Assembly: GCA_951406725.2 (NCBI GenBank)
Contig: OX597821.1
Span: 92,628,001 to 92,692,000 of the forward strand
Reading direction: 5' to 3'
DNA from: Octopus vulgaris
Taxonomy: Eukaryota
DNA: 64,000 bases
The position numbers and the translations under genes are program-made. The notes below the pieces were generated by a model that saw only the letters and a program-made list of their open reading frames with translations, had not been told where the DNA came from and did not search any database. Positions 40,441-54,788 of the stretch are shown here, piece after piece. How positions within the stretch are numbered: the stretch's first letter is position 1; each line of letters begins with the position of its first letter.

Positions 40441-41404
40441 ATAATTATTACGTAGAGTTACCCATATCTGAAGAAAATTGTGTTGCTCTCCCATATAAGT
40501 GTATGTGTGTGAGCGTTACTGTATGTGAGATTTGTGGTCAGTATTTCAATGAATCCTGTACTGCTAATTATTATATAAACCAATGTGTGGGCAAAATGTG
40601 ATGATATTTATGTGTGTAAATATATGTCTGTACATGTGCACTTAGTATGTGATTGTATTTGCCATTATTAGCAAATATACAACACCAATATTTGAAAGAA
40701 ATTGTGCGGTTATGTGCTTGTGCGTACAGGTATTCACCCACACACACAATGTATTAATGTATCTCTTTGCGTATGTGGTCAGTATTTGAATATATTTTGT
40801 ACCATGAACTATAATAGTTACCAATATCTGAAAAGACATTGTGTTGCTATGTAGCTGTCTTTGTGTGTGTTTATAAATGTATTTCTATTACATTTCATTT
40901 CTTACATTACTATTATTGATTTTGTATAACCTGTAACTTGCCCAGTATATAACATTTTGAATAGAGTTAGGCCTCATAGCTTATATCTAAATTATTTGCT
41001 AAAAGAGTGCAATTTTGATAAACAGTAAAATAGCAGTTTCTCATATTTCGTTCAGTAATTATTGATTAAAAAGTTTGGAGTTCCTGTCTTGTGTAGTTTC
41101 TAATATACCAGAACAGACAGACACTCAAGTTATCAATCAAGCAAACAATGTGAAAATATATTTGTAAAAACAGTGACACCTAAGATTTTGAGGATTGAAT
41201 AGGAGAGAATGAGGGTAGGGATGCTCAATATAAGAAAGGAGAATAGATTAAAATAAGGTCATGAGATGAAAGTATATATATGTGTGTATATATATATATA
41301 AAGTTAATCCAAACATGAAATCACAAAGAGAAAACACAACAACGCGAGGACGTGGAACAAGTATAGTATTATTGAAAGCTCAGGATAGAAGGAAAAAAGG
41401 AGGG

Positions 41405-41435
41405 TTTAACGTTTCAAGCAGAACTCTTCGTCAGA
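41405..41435 (-). ncRNA. Minimal hammerhead motif in a small element (~41300-41435) embedded in (TA)n
   Basis: Minus: CTGACGA-a gagt tct gctt-GAAA-CG-TT-aaa; palindromic AACGTT; 5' arm of stem I lost. Confidence 0.55.
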
Positions 41436-44289
41436 TATATATATATATATGTATGTATATGTATATATATATCTGTTGCTCTTTATTTGAATGAAAGGGG
41501 TCGCATCTATTTTTCAGAAGATGGGTACTAGGTTATGTCTTCAAAAACCTTATGATATTGTAAAATTGCCAAATATGCCTAGCTGCCTGAAAGTACATGC
41601 TATAGGTGCAGGAAAGGCTGTATGATACAGACAATCACATTGCAACTGTAGCAGCTTTGTCATGTGTATTCCAGTACAGTCTCAGATTAATAAAAGTTTT
41701 GTCAATGAAATTTAGTACCCAGACTCCATATGGAAGTTCATTTCTGTTTATGTGTGGCAGATATATTATCCTGTCTAACATTACCACTGGGTCTGTCCTC
41801 AGTCTCCGATGAGTTCAGTCTGTTGTAAGCATTTGAGCCAAATCGCTGATCTGGTCATAAAATCCTGCTTTCCTTCCAACAGCCATGGAGGTATTAAGAA
41901 AGAATCACGAACAATGTCCCTTCTAACTTTTACAGTGTGTATGAGCAAAAATTAGCTTGTGAGAAAATTTTGTTTTTCTTTGAGAAATATCTGCACTTCC
42001 ATCTGAATAACCATTTTCAAATACAAAAAAACATATATATATAATCTTGAAAATTTTATGCACACACATTTTTTCTTTGTGCACTTAGATGTAAAACATG
42101 CATGTGTGTGCACAAATGCACAAATTAAAGGGAACATTGGTCATGAGTGCAACCTTCCTCCACTAATGTATTAAAAAGAAGTGGGGTAGGGGAATTCACA
42201 AACAACCCTGCACCCTTTGAGGTAAATAGCTTATTCACTGCTGCACTATGACAGCCAGTGAACTGAGAGACATACTATGTGTGTTTGGATTCCACCAATT
42301 CTTTCAAGCTCTCATATTGCCAGACTTTCTTCACTGGGATTCAATCCATTGACATGTCATATTCAAGGGTTACAACCTTATTTATTGTTCGACCGAGACA
42401 TGTATTCAGCTAGCTTGCAACTATTTGAATCCATATGGGACTGATGTCAGAGTCAGAAATACTGATAATATTATCTGAAATCTAAAAAGGCAACTTCTAT
42501 AGTTTTGTTTTTGTTGCTCTTTTTACAGTTTTACAATCTCTGTCACACTCTTCTGTTTTTTTTTTTGTTATTCTTTCACTATGAATTGGGTGAGTTTTGT
42601 TTCCTGAAGCAAATGATTTTTATTAACTGGGAGCTATTCTTAAATTGAACTGTTCAACCATGAAATAAGAGTGAAACATCATTTTTCAGTGAAAGAAATT
42701 AACTTGCAAAAGAGCATAGCATGCTTGTACTCCGTTCTGAACCTAGGATTCTGTGTTCAGTAGCCCAACACCTTACTTTTACAGCTATTGTGGCTTTTAA
42801 AATTTGCCTTATCTTTCAGTGTGGTATCATTGTGCTGATTGAGACTTCTGTGTGTTCTCATTTAACAATATCTAAGAGACGACTGATAGTAGGATGTTAG
42901 TTTGCGCTCCTGCCATTAACCAACTTATATCTCTTTAATAGTGTTTTGAAACGCTATGGAGACTGCTTCTTAATGGTAATGTGTGAGAAAAATAAAAGAC
43001 AGTATACAAATAATGGTGCTCTAGTATGGCCTGAACTGTAATAAAAAAAAAACCGTTTGAAGAATTAAATAAATAATAGAACAAGTATGCAAATATATAT
43101 ATTTCTCTTTATCTTCAAAGCACTTATCTTTAGCCATATCACACACTCTCTCAACACGTTTACACACAAATATATGCAGAATTATACACACACATACACT
43201 CACACGTAGTGGAAGACAATACTGGAGGAACAGGTCTAAGGTGCATGACAAAAGATTTTGATATCATTTAGTCTAGATAAGAATAAAGGAATGCTTAACA
43301 ATACAGAAAAGGACAAATATTTATTCATATCACACTCAATTGAAATAACTACAGGGAATTTATGACATCTGAGATGTGATAAACTGTAGTAGGAGATATC
43401 CATATTAAATTGTTCAGACTAATAGACTTCAGTGTGGTGGGGGGTAGAGAGGACAGAAAGAGTGAAAATGGAAAATGGAATGTTCATAATATTTCTTAAG
43501 GGTGTTTACAAAATAATTGATCTAGTTGAAGCTGATTTTTTAACCTTAGTTCAAGACTTGGTTTGCCAAAATATTGTGACCCATGCTGTGGAACTAGTCA
43601 CCTTATGAATGTCTTTTCAAAATGAGAAATATTTCTTGAAAATATTTTGTTTTCCATTTAAAAATATTAATAAATGTTGCAGCAGTGGATTGTTAAAGTA
43701 CTTTGTGCTATTCAGGTATGGCCTTTAAGTCATGCGTTCAGATCTTGCTGAGATCAACTGCTCCTTTTAGCCTCATGACATTGATGAAATATAATACCAG
43801 TCAAGTAGAGGCAATGTATTATAAACTTTCCCTCAAAATGTATAGTTTTATGTCAATGTTAGTAATCAATATATATTGTTTATAAAGGCTGTGAACTGGC
43901 AGAACTGTTAGTACACCAGGCAAAATGCTTAGCGGGATTTCTTCTGTCTTTACATTCTGAGTTCAAAATGTTATGGTATGATTTGAAAGAGATTCTTAGC
44001 TGTTATTCTTTAAAAGTCAAACAATTAAGTAAAAGGCTTCCTTTGGTTCATGCTGCTGGTTATGGTGGTCTTGGTGATTGTGGTAGTGTTGTTACTGCTG
44101 CTGCTGTTGTTGTTGTTGTTCCTTTTTTTTTTTTTTGGTGGTGGTGGTGGTGGTTGGAATTAGTGCCAGTTGACTTTACTATTTGAGCAAATCTATGATA
44201 TGAAGTCAACACACACCAAACCACTTGATTGATCTATATTTCTAGCTGTGGTCAAACCTGCTTTGTTATTATGATAAATCTTATTGTTC

Positions 44290-44683
44290 TAATAGTTGTG
44301 GTACCAGTGCCAGTGGCACATTAGAGAACCATCCGAACGTGGCTGTAGCTAGCACCGCATCGACTGGCCTCCGTGCTGGTGGCACGTAACAAACACCATC
44401 CGATTGTGGCCGTTGCCAGCCTGGCCTGGCCTCCATACTGGTGGCACATAAAAAGCACCATCCGAGCATGGCCGTTCACCAGCCTCGTCTGGCACCTGTG
44501 TCAGTGGCACATAAAAAGCACCCACTACACTCACGGAGTGGTTGGTGTTAGGAAGAGCATCCAGCTGTAGAAACACTGCCAGATCTGACTGGCCTAGTGC
44601 AGCCTTCTGGCTTCCCAGACCCCAGTTGAACCGTCCAACCCATGCCAGCATGGAAAGTGGACGTTAAACGATGATGATGATGA
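44290..44683 (+). mobile_element. Family D retroposon
   Basis: Four internal GTGGCAC cores; (GAT)n tail. Confidence 0.85.
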
Positions 44684-45414
44684 TCTCCATTGCTTTAACT
44701 GTGACTGAAGGTGGAGATTTGACTGTTATACTGTGAAGGCTGAGTAACAATACTGCAAGCGTGTAAGGCAGCAAACAGGTAGAACTGATAGCAAACCAGG
44801 CAAAACGCCTATCAACATTTCATCTACTTGTGTGTTCTGAGTTCAATTTCCATCGAGGTTGACTTTGCCTTTCATCCTTTAGGGGTTGATAAAATAAGTA
44901 CCTGTTAAAAACTGGGGGTCAAGACAATCGATCAGCCGCCCCTCCCCCGAAAATGCTGGCCTTGTGCCAAAATTTGTATCCAATATTGCAGCAGTTTCTT
45001 GTTCCCACTGTTGTTGTGTAGACTCTGAGCAGTCCTCATCAAATATGTGGCTTGTAATACCTGTAAGGTAGATATCAGGACTATTAACTATGTTTTGGTT
45101 ATTTGACCTGTTAGAAATCTCTCTTGTCATACATATCTGCCAGACCCTGCATAAATCACAATCTACCTTTTTAAAAGAAAGAAGGTCGAATTCAATAGTG
45201 TGCTCCTGGTCACATTACCTGAGAAAAAATAAAAAATAAAAGGATGGCATGGCTACAGCTTCGACAATGTTTTATTTCAGAGTTACTTAGAACTAACTAG
45301 TGCTAAACAACTGTAATAAAACAGGCCTACGAGGGAGCCTCAATTTTCTAGAAATAGCAGTTAAATCTCTTTTAAATCAAATTTCACGGCCTTACAAAAG
45401 GACTTGAACTCCCT

Positions 45415-45909
45415 TTATATATATGAAAAGAACGCCTTACTTCCCTGGGCATGGACACATTGAAACTCCGACATCTGGCAGCTGACTTGGCAGACACCCA
45501 TAAAATTATCAACCATCTTACAAACAATAACTCTGAGCACCTTTTCAAACTCCACCCATCTAACACCCGTGGACATATTTACAAAGTCAGAAAACAGCAC
45601 AGCTCCCATGACTTTAGGAAACATGTTTTCACACTGAGAGTCGCTGAAGCATCGAACAAACTGCCGGCATCAGTTGTTAGTTGTCGGAGCACTGCATCCT
45701 TCAAAACTTCCATGCTTCCTGAGATTCGCCAACACTACACTTGATTTTCTCCCCTCCATACACACGCAAGCATGTATCTGACTCATACATTGTTCACTTT
45801 TCCAGACATTTGTACATTACTGCATATACTTTATACGCACTTTCTGACAAGTTGTGGTGCACCTGAGCACTGTATACAATAATTTCATTATTATTATTAT
45901 TATTATTAT
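45415..45909 (+). mobile_element. CR1-type LINE 3' end with 3'UTR and (ATT)n tail
   Basis: LGMDTLKLRHLAADL...NTRGHIYKVRKQHSSHDFRKHVFTLRVAEASNKLP, typical CR1 C-terminus. Confidence 0.9.
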
Positions 45910-46269
45910 ATTTAAAAGATCATGGAATTGTCCTGGCCAGGATGCCTTTAGTCATAGGTTTTTTTTTCAATGGGAGCTAATATAGGACTAAACAATAATG
46001 GTAACAACTACAATGCATCTTTCATGTAAACAGAAAATGTTGTTCAGCCTCAAGTCATATCTGACTCAGCAAAAATCTGATCAAAGACGTTTCCACTGTC
46101 AAAATCCCATCTTTTGGTTTCAGACATCATGTACGTTGGACTATATTTTTCCAATATATTTTCCATGTTATTTTTCAAGATGACAAGGGATGATTTGAAA
46201 ATTTGACTGCTTTACTAGCAGGAAATATGATTGCATCGAGGATCCCTAATTGACTCGTTACTGATTTTC

Positions 46270-46405
46270 TCTTTACTCTTTTACTCCTTTACTTGTTTCA
46301 GTCATTTGACTGCAGCCATGCTGGAGCACCGCCTTTAGTCAAGCAAATCGACCCCAGGACTTATTCTTTTGTAAGCCCAGTACTTATTCTATCGTTCTCT
46401 TTTGC
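46270..46405 (-). mobile_element. Family A SINE 3' fragment
   Basis: Homologous to 28825-28945. Confidence 0.8.
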
Positions 46406-47699
46406 TGGTTGTTGTTTATAATGATGATAATGATTTTGCTCTGCCACAGGTCAACCCTGGTTAAGCAGACCTATGATCAAAGCTTTTTTTAGCTATGATT
46501 ATTTCATCTTAATATCAAACAGTGTCCCTTGGATTATATTATCCAATATGTACCTCATTCTTTTCTTTTCTTTTTTTTTTTTTTTGAAGATGGCAGGGTG
46601 AGACTTGAAGAAGATTTAGCTGTTATTTTATTCTATGTAATTATGTATTAGAAGATAAATATTTGTGTCTGGAACTGGGATATGTGTTTATATAATTGAT
46701 TATATAACTACCACCATAATGTTCAGTTTAGCTAAGTTTTCTAACTCGTCAAAACTTAACTCTTTCTAAACAACATAATTCTGGTATACAATTTTACTAT
46801 TTACAGTTTTGGACGCCAGTATCTTTTAATAACTGCATACAATTTTCCCTGGTTTTCGCTTGAGATCTCTAGATTGCTTTTTTATTGCTCTCGCTTGATT
46901 ATGATATTATTTCTAAGGAATTATTGGTTATTGGAAAATGTTCTCGTTGTTCCTTTATAGAGAGCTGCAAAATGTTTCACATCATACTTGTACCACCATC
47001 TTTTATTAAACTAAACTTATGAAACTTACAATGGTGATTCAGTAATTTTCTTTACGTTAGTTTATATTTAGAGTGTTATCAAAACACACTAAATGGAAAA
47101 TATTTTCAAGAATTTGTATCTTCACAAAATATTGTACCCTTCCTTGAAAAAATATACTGCCTTATTTATTTATGATGAAGAAATAGTATTGCTCAAATGA
47201 ATATTTCTGCTTATTGAACAACCAACATTTTCGGACTGCATGAGACATAATGTACATAATGTACTCATAATTTCTTAGAAATTTGTTACATTATCATACA
47301 GATTTTCTCTTAATTCTTAAATTGTTACAGGTCAGAATTTCATTTAGCAAGCAATCCAAATTCACCATCACCATCAACGTGAACCATACCAATTTTTATT
47401 ACCATTCAACCCCTATGTGGTTGACCAAACTTGTAGAAATAACAACCAATTTGCCTTTTAAATCTTATTATAAAGTGGAAACTTTCAGATAATGTAGTCT
47501 AAATACTATTCCCATTAAGCAATTTTTCATTTGCCTGAATTTCTTGCATCATTCACCTTAACTTCACAAACAATATTCAGCAACTCTTCTAAATAGAATT
47601 TAAGATATAAAGTATAAAATATAAAACTGATAAGTTGATGGATTTCAGACTGTAAAGCCATGTTTATTATTACCATTATTTTTATGATTATCAAGGCAG

Positions 47700-48100
47700 A
47701 GAAACACCATTCCGACCCTGTGCTTGAGGAGATCCATCGAGTCAAGTACACCAACATCAAAATCAATGGAAACTGCAGTTGTGATACCTGAGACAGTGGC
47801 ATGTAAAAGCACCATCTGAACGTGGCCGATGCCAGCGCCGCCTAGACTGGCATGTAAAAAGCACCATCCAAATCCTGGCCAATGCCAGCCTCACCTAGCA
47901 CCTGTGTAGGTGGCATGTAAAAAGCACCCACTACACTCACGGAGTGGTTGGCATTAGGAAGGGCATCCAGCTGTAGAAGCACTGCCAGATCAGACTGGAG
48001 CCTGGTGCAGCCTTCTGGCTTCCCAGATCCCCGGTCGAACCGTCCAGCCCATGCTAGCATGGAGAATGGACGTTAAACGACGATGATGATGATGATGATG
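47700..48100 (+). mobile_element. Family D retroposon
   Basis: Shared body, three internal cores, (GAT)n tail. Confidence 0.85.
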
Positions 48101-48121
48101 AGCAGGCATTCTAAGCATTCT

Positions 48122-49030
48122 AAGGTAGCAAGTTGGCAGAAACGTTAGCACACCGGGTGAAATGCTTAGTGGTATTTCATCTGCAGCTACGTTCTGAGTT
48201 CAAATTCCGCTGAGGACGACTTAGCCTTTCATCCTTTCGGAGTTGATTAAATAAGTACCAGTTACGCACTGGGGGTCGATGTAATGGATTTAATCTCTTT
48301 GTCTGTCCTTGTTTGTCCCCTCTATGTTTAGCCCCTTGTGGGCAGTAAAGAAATAAGAAACGTTAGCATGCCAGGCAAAACGCTTAGCGGTATTTCATCT
48401 GTCTTTATGTTCTGAGTTCAAATTTCACCAAGGTTGATTTTTGCCTTTCATCCTTTCAGGGTTGGTAAATTAAGTACCAGTGAAACACTGGGGTTGATAT
48501 AATTGACTAGTCCCCACCCAACAAATTTGAGGCCTTGTGCCTCTAGTAGTAAGGATTATTATCATGATTATTAAGGCAGTAAGCAGGCAGAAACATTAGC
48601 ATGCAGGGCGAAATGCTTGGCAGTATTTCGTCTGTCTTTATTTTCTGAGTTTTCAAATTTTGCTGAGGTCAACTTTGCTTTTCGTCCTTTTGAGGACGAT
48701 AAATTAAGTAACTGTTACATTCTGGGGTCAATCTAATCGACCGGTTCCCTCCCCCAAAATTTGGGACCTTGTGCCTAGAGTAGAAAAGAATATTATTATT
48801 ATTATGATTATTATTAAGGTGGTAAACTGGCAGGACCATTTTCACACCAGAGAAAATGATTAGTCTCATTTTGTCCATCTTTACATTCAGAGTTCAAATT
48901 CTGTTGTGGTCAACTTTGCCTTTTGTTCTTTTGAAGATCAATAACTTAATTACCAGTGAAATACTGAGATCAATGTAATCAACTAATCTCCTATCCCAAA
49001 ATTTCAGGCATGGTGCCTATAGTAGAAAGG
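48122..49030 (+). mobile_element. Array of four head-to-tail family C SINEs
   Basis: Cores near 48200, 48415, 48650 and 48890. Confidence 0.85.
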
Positions 49031-49043
49031 ACTATTATTATTA

Positions 49044-49110
<67 letters not shown>

Positions 49111-49168
49111 CATTATTATTATCATTATTATTATTATGATTATTATTATTATTATCATTATTATCATT

Positions 49169-49199
<31 letters not shown>

Positions 49200-49224
49200 C
49201 TATCATTATTATTATTATTATTAT

Positions 49225-49745
49225 TATTGTGAAGTTCATCCTACCACCTTCCTTTGGCTAGCAATGCCAGGCAGTTTTTCTGTCTGATGGTTATGGCAAA
49301 AGAGGCTGTGTGGTGAATGTTGACTAAAAGTGCTGAATAGGGGCACTTTTATTTTCAACCAAGCCCACATTGACATTTTCAGTTTCCATTTGGAAAGAAG
49401 AGTGAAGATGGAGAAAGAGGTATTGTCTCCTACTGAATTCGTTGAAAGGTGAGGGAATGTAGCTAGAATGCCTCGAGTAAATGGGCCTGTTCTAAGCATG
49501 CGCATTTAGACTGGAATTTATGGAGGAGAAAGTGCACTTACTATGGTGCAGCTGTTGAGCAGGATGACTCAGAATCTGTGGGGGCCACACTTAGATGACA
49601 CTCTTTCCAATTGGAGATTTTCATTGTTAGTAATTTCAGTGTTAATTTTCACTGTTTTTATTGTTTACATGTTTTATGCAAACCCCACTATACCTTGTTT
49701 TGTATCATCTGTTTCATTCTGTGTGTGGCCCTTGTGGCCAATAAA
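49225..49745 (+). mobile_element. L1/Tx1-type LINE degenerate 3' end
   Basis: FHLERRVKMEKEVLSPTEFVER*GNVARM; 3'UTR ends GGCCCTTGTGGCCAATAAA; clade call from memory. Confidence 0.55.
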
Positions 49746-49775
49746 TAATGATAATAATTATCATTATTATTATTT

Positions 49776-50681
<906 letters not shown>

Positions 50682-50684
<3 letters not shown>

Positions 50685-50985
50685 TAGTTTTATTTTTTAT
50701 AGCGTGCTTTCACTTCACTATCGAGTGCAGCTCTGTGTGCCTCAGGTATGTGCTGTGATTTGTTGTGAAGCTCTGATGGTTATTGTATGGAAAGTGTTCT
50801 GCGTAGGATGTGTGCAGTGCCTAGTAGTGCAATTTTCGGTATGTTATATGTGTTTGTAAGTCCTGGTGTTTTTGTTATGTATTTGTCTGAATATTTTTTT
50901 ATCATGCCTAATGCACCTACTATGATAGGAATTGTTTCTGTTTTTAGATTTCACATTCTGGTTACCTCTATTTCCAGGTCTTTGT
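50682..50985 (-). mobile_element. R4/Dong-type LINE 3' end within (TAA)n
   Basis: YKDLEIEVTRM*NLKTETIPIIVGALGMIKK...PKIALLGTAHILRRTLSIQ*. Confidence 0.9.
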
Positions 50986-51946
50986 ATTATTATTATTATC
51001 ATTATTATTATTATTATATGAATGTGGGGAGTTGGCAGAATCATTAGCATGCTCAACAGAATGTTTTGCAGCATTTTTTCTGGCTTTACACTTCAAATAT
51101 CACTGAGGTCGACTTTGCCTTTCATGGGCAATAGAATTGACTTGTGCCCTCCCACAAAATTTGAGACCTTGTGCCTATAAGAGAAAGAACTACTACTACT
51201 ACTACCACCACCACCACCACTACTACTACTACTACTACTGTATTTTATGAAACGTTTTTTACTTTCTCTCTTCGAAACACGATTTTTTTAAGCACTACCA
51301 GATGAAAGCTTCTTTGGAATATTCGATAAAACAGACCCTCGATACCTAGAGACAGACAACAACAAATAAAAAGGTTTGTTTTACAAATTTTAATATAAAT
51401 TTATGAACTATTTTTTTTCACGTACAAATAGTTACCAAACACACACACAGACACATATATAAAATTGTTGGAAAAAACACTAACGGGGATAAAAAGGAAA
51501 AAATATCAAAAGAATAGACAACACAAAATTTTAAAAAAACGTATGATGCGGCACAATTTCTTCAAAATAACAATGATACTACTCTCTCAGAAAAATAACG
51601 AAGACAATGAAGAGGATGAGGAACTCACTGTCCTTCGAAAATCAAAGAATTAATGAACAAAATTATGCCCCTGTGGTACCATTGTTTTTTTAAGAGGTAA
51701 GAATGACACAAAGCACACAGCTTCACAATATAAGCAACTTAATTATTAATAAAATAAAACTAAGAAATCACACCGAACTCATATTTTGAATATCTTGAAA
51801 TTATCATCACCAAATGTCTCAAAACGTGCTTACTAGTGCATTTAGTTGCACTCATATCCAGCCCGGAAAAGGACTAATGGGTAGGATTTTGGTATGCCCA
51901 AACCGAAACTGACCAGTCATCTTTCTGTTATAACTTCTTTTAATTA

Positions 51947-52342
51947 TGTGAGGTATACTAGCCATCTCAATATGGCTAACCACTAAGGGTGGGTGTTACT
52001 GTAGCTTGTAGCCCCAGGAGAACACCGTCTCCAGCTGGCTTTAGGCACACTTTCCGTGCCCTTATGGTATTTAAAACCGGTGATTGTCGTACGCTGAGGA
52101 CAGGTCAATATCTAGAAACTGCAGTCCGTGCGTATCACTTAGGTTGACGAGGGAAGGATGATCTCCCTTTGCAAATACCATAAGCGTACAGAAAGTGTGC
52201 CTAAAGCCAGCTGGAGACGATGTTCTCCTGGGGCTACAAGCTACAGTAACACCCACCCTTAGTGGTTAGCCATATTGAGATGGAAAGTATGCCTCACATT
52301 GTCGTGCAGTTACTGTTTATACCTCGTTCAGAGATTTATTAT
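51947..52342 (+). mobile_element. Hammerhead-bearing retroelement, inverted pseudo-LTR form (same family as 1190-1646)
   Basis: 12-bp TSD TTCTTTTAATTA (51935-51946, 52343-52354); 126-bp inverted arms 51947-52072 / 52173-52298; ~44-nt 3' tail ending GAGATTTATTA as in copy 1. Confidence 0.85.
52088..52132 (+). ncRNA. Type I minimal hammerhead ribozyme with intact core
   Basis: cgtacg-CTGAGGA-c aggt caat atct a-GAAA-c TGCA g-TC-cgtgcg; predicted cleavage after C52126. Confidence 0.85.
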
Positions 52343-52679
52343 TTCTTTTAATTAATTTTTTAAAATATTACTGCTGGTTTTGTCGTAGCTTTCTAGGATT
52401 GAAAAATCAATAAATCATATAGTAGAAAGAATCCAATATTAACTCATTATAGGTCTGGTTACTCATAAATGATATCTATTATTCTTTCCCCTGCTCCGGT
52501 CATTGGACTACGACCATGCAGGAGTTACGCCTTTAAATATTATTGTCAGTTATATTGACCGTAGTACTTTAAATGGTTGCCGATTTTATAAAATGGTTAA
52601 TTTTTCTAAAGTTTCACAGTTTTAGAGAATTCTATATACGAAAAATAAAATATCGTCTTGAACAGAACCCTAAACACAC

Positions 52680-52756
<77 letters not shown>

Positions 52757-54670
52757 AATACATATATACATGTACACACGTATATACATAGACAGACAGA
52801 CAGACAGAGAGCGTGTATATGTAAAAGGAAAGTTAGGCTTCTGCACAATTTCCAAGGACTGAATTTGCTAAAACAGCAAATATTAACCAAGATATTGCAC
52901 AGTAGGATTGATCTTGGAACCACTAGTTTAGGAAACGAACATCTTAAACATACAGCTATTCCTGCACATATGATTAACTCTTTTTTCTTAATCTGGTTAT
53001 AAAAAAAAAAGAAAAGAAAAATGGTCTTAAAAGTATGATCTTTAAGATTTTAAAGCAAGGTTACTTGTAAAAATTAAGCAAGCTGCATGTTTAAGATCCC
53101 GTAAGAAATCTCCTTATCAATAATTAAGTCACATTTTGGTTGCGGTGAACCACTAATTAGTATTTTGGTACCGTCTTTCTGTTCACACATTGAACGAGGC
53201 TATTGTTTACAAATGCATGTAAAAGATTTAAGATGTAAATTTTGAGTTTTCCATTAATATCTCCAAGAATTCACTTTATTTATCCTCTAGTGTGTGCGCA
53301 CACACATGCACTTACACACATGCACGCACACGTTCTTTTATTGGTTTCATTCTGAAGAACTACCTTCGGGGACTTTTCTTTGTATTGACTCTGTTAATTA
53401 TTTTAGGTCTTCTATTTAATTTATCGAAATCTATTTAACGAAGGGCTCAGTTTTTTTTCTTTTTCTGAATAAAGAAATACAACATGACACAAACACACAT
53501 ACACATATAACAGCTTACATGCATACACACATTCACACACACACACACACACGCACATACATACACATATAGTTCGATCAATGGAACTGTCAAAATGTAG
53601 AATTTTCTAATAGTCTAGCATATGGGTACATATGCACATGTCTAAATTCGTAGCTAAATGTATGAGATACATACATAAAACAAAACATACAGATCTTCAC
53701 ATGCACTGACTCCAAATACTTGCACATATACCCACATATACACAGATACATGTACGATTATCCTGTTGATGTTGGAAGGCCAGTAAAGAAGCCTTAGATC
53801 TCGGTTAGGGTTTCTTCTCATTATCAAGAAATCTAGAAATAAAACTAGATAACGTACGTAAATACATGGGGTTCTTGAAAAAGTTACTGAAAATGTTTGA
53901 CCTCACCCACCACACAACTTCCTTTGTTATAGCCACCAGAAAAAGGCGAAGTAACTACCCTTCCATGCCAAAGAAAGATGATGAATAGATCTCCACAAAA
54001 GACTTCCCTAATAGCTGAATCCATCTTATATGTGATAACAACTGTTCGACATAAACCCAGAAATCAACAATGCACAAACATAAAAACATGTTTATTGTAT
54101 GGTTTCATCCTTTTGGGAACATTTCATACGAATTTAGTAGCTGGTGGTTCCAACATGGCCACACCTGTAGAGTTTATCCACAAAGTTTTCCTTCACAAGC
54201 ACTGCTAAGTTAAGAATTTTTGAAATTATTTGTGACATCTAAGATTTGCAGAACAGACTATTCAAACCGTTCTTGTCGACGCCCAGAATCGTTCCCTGGA
54301 CATCGTTTCTTATACTGTCCAATAAACCGGTGTAGAATGTAACGGTTGACATTCAACAAACAGCATTCTCAGGATGGTAAATTTCAGCAAGCATCTGGCA
54401 TCGTTCCAGATGCCAGACTCCCAAGTAATAATCAAAATAATTATAGTATATATCATAGGAACCAAGCCATAAGTTTTCGGTAAAAAGTTTATTCCATCGA
54501 CCCTAAAACTTGAGGGCTAGTTATTTCGACGCCGGTAAATGCATGTATGTATGTATGTATGTATGTATGTATGTATGTATGTATGTATGTATGTATGTAT
54601 GTATGTATGTATGCATACATGTATGTTTGTATGTGTGTATGTAAACCTGGAAGGCTTTTCATCGGTCGTC

Positions 54671-54788
54671 TACTGATTTAACTGTCATTCTAATAATTTA
54701 TCTGTTGTTTAGCAATTTATCTGTCATTTTATTGATTTATCTGTCACCTTATTGATTTAACTATCACTCTTTTGATTTATCTGTCTCT
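54671..54788 (+). repeat. ~20-bp minisatellite, ~6 degenerate copies
   Basis: ATTGATTTATCTGTCACCTT-like units. Confidence 0.85.

Noticed and set aside
54394-54417. 9-bp hairpin TCTGGCATC/GATGCCAGA
   Set aside because: Too short and isolated to interpret; a bacterial terminator reading does not apply to this eukaryotic DNA.
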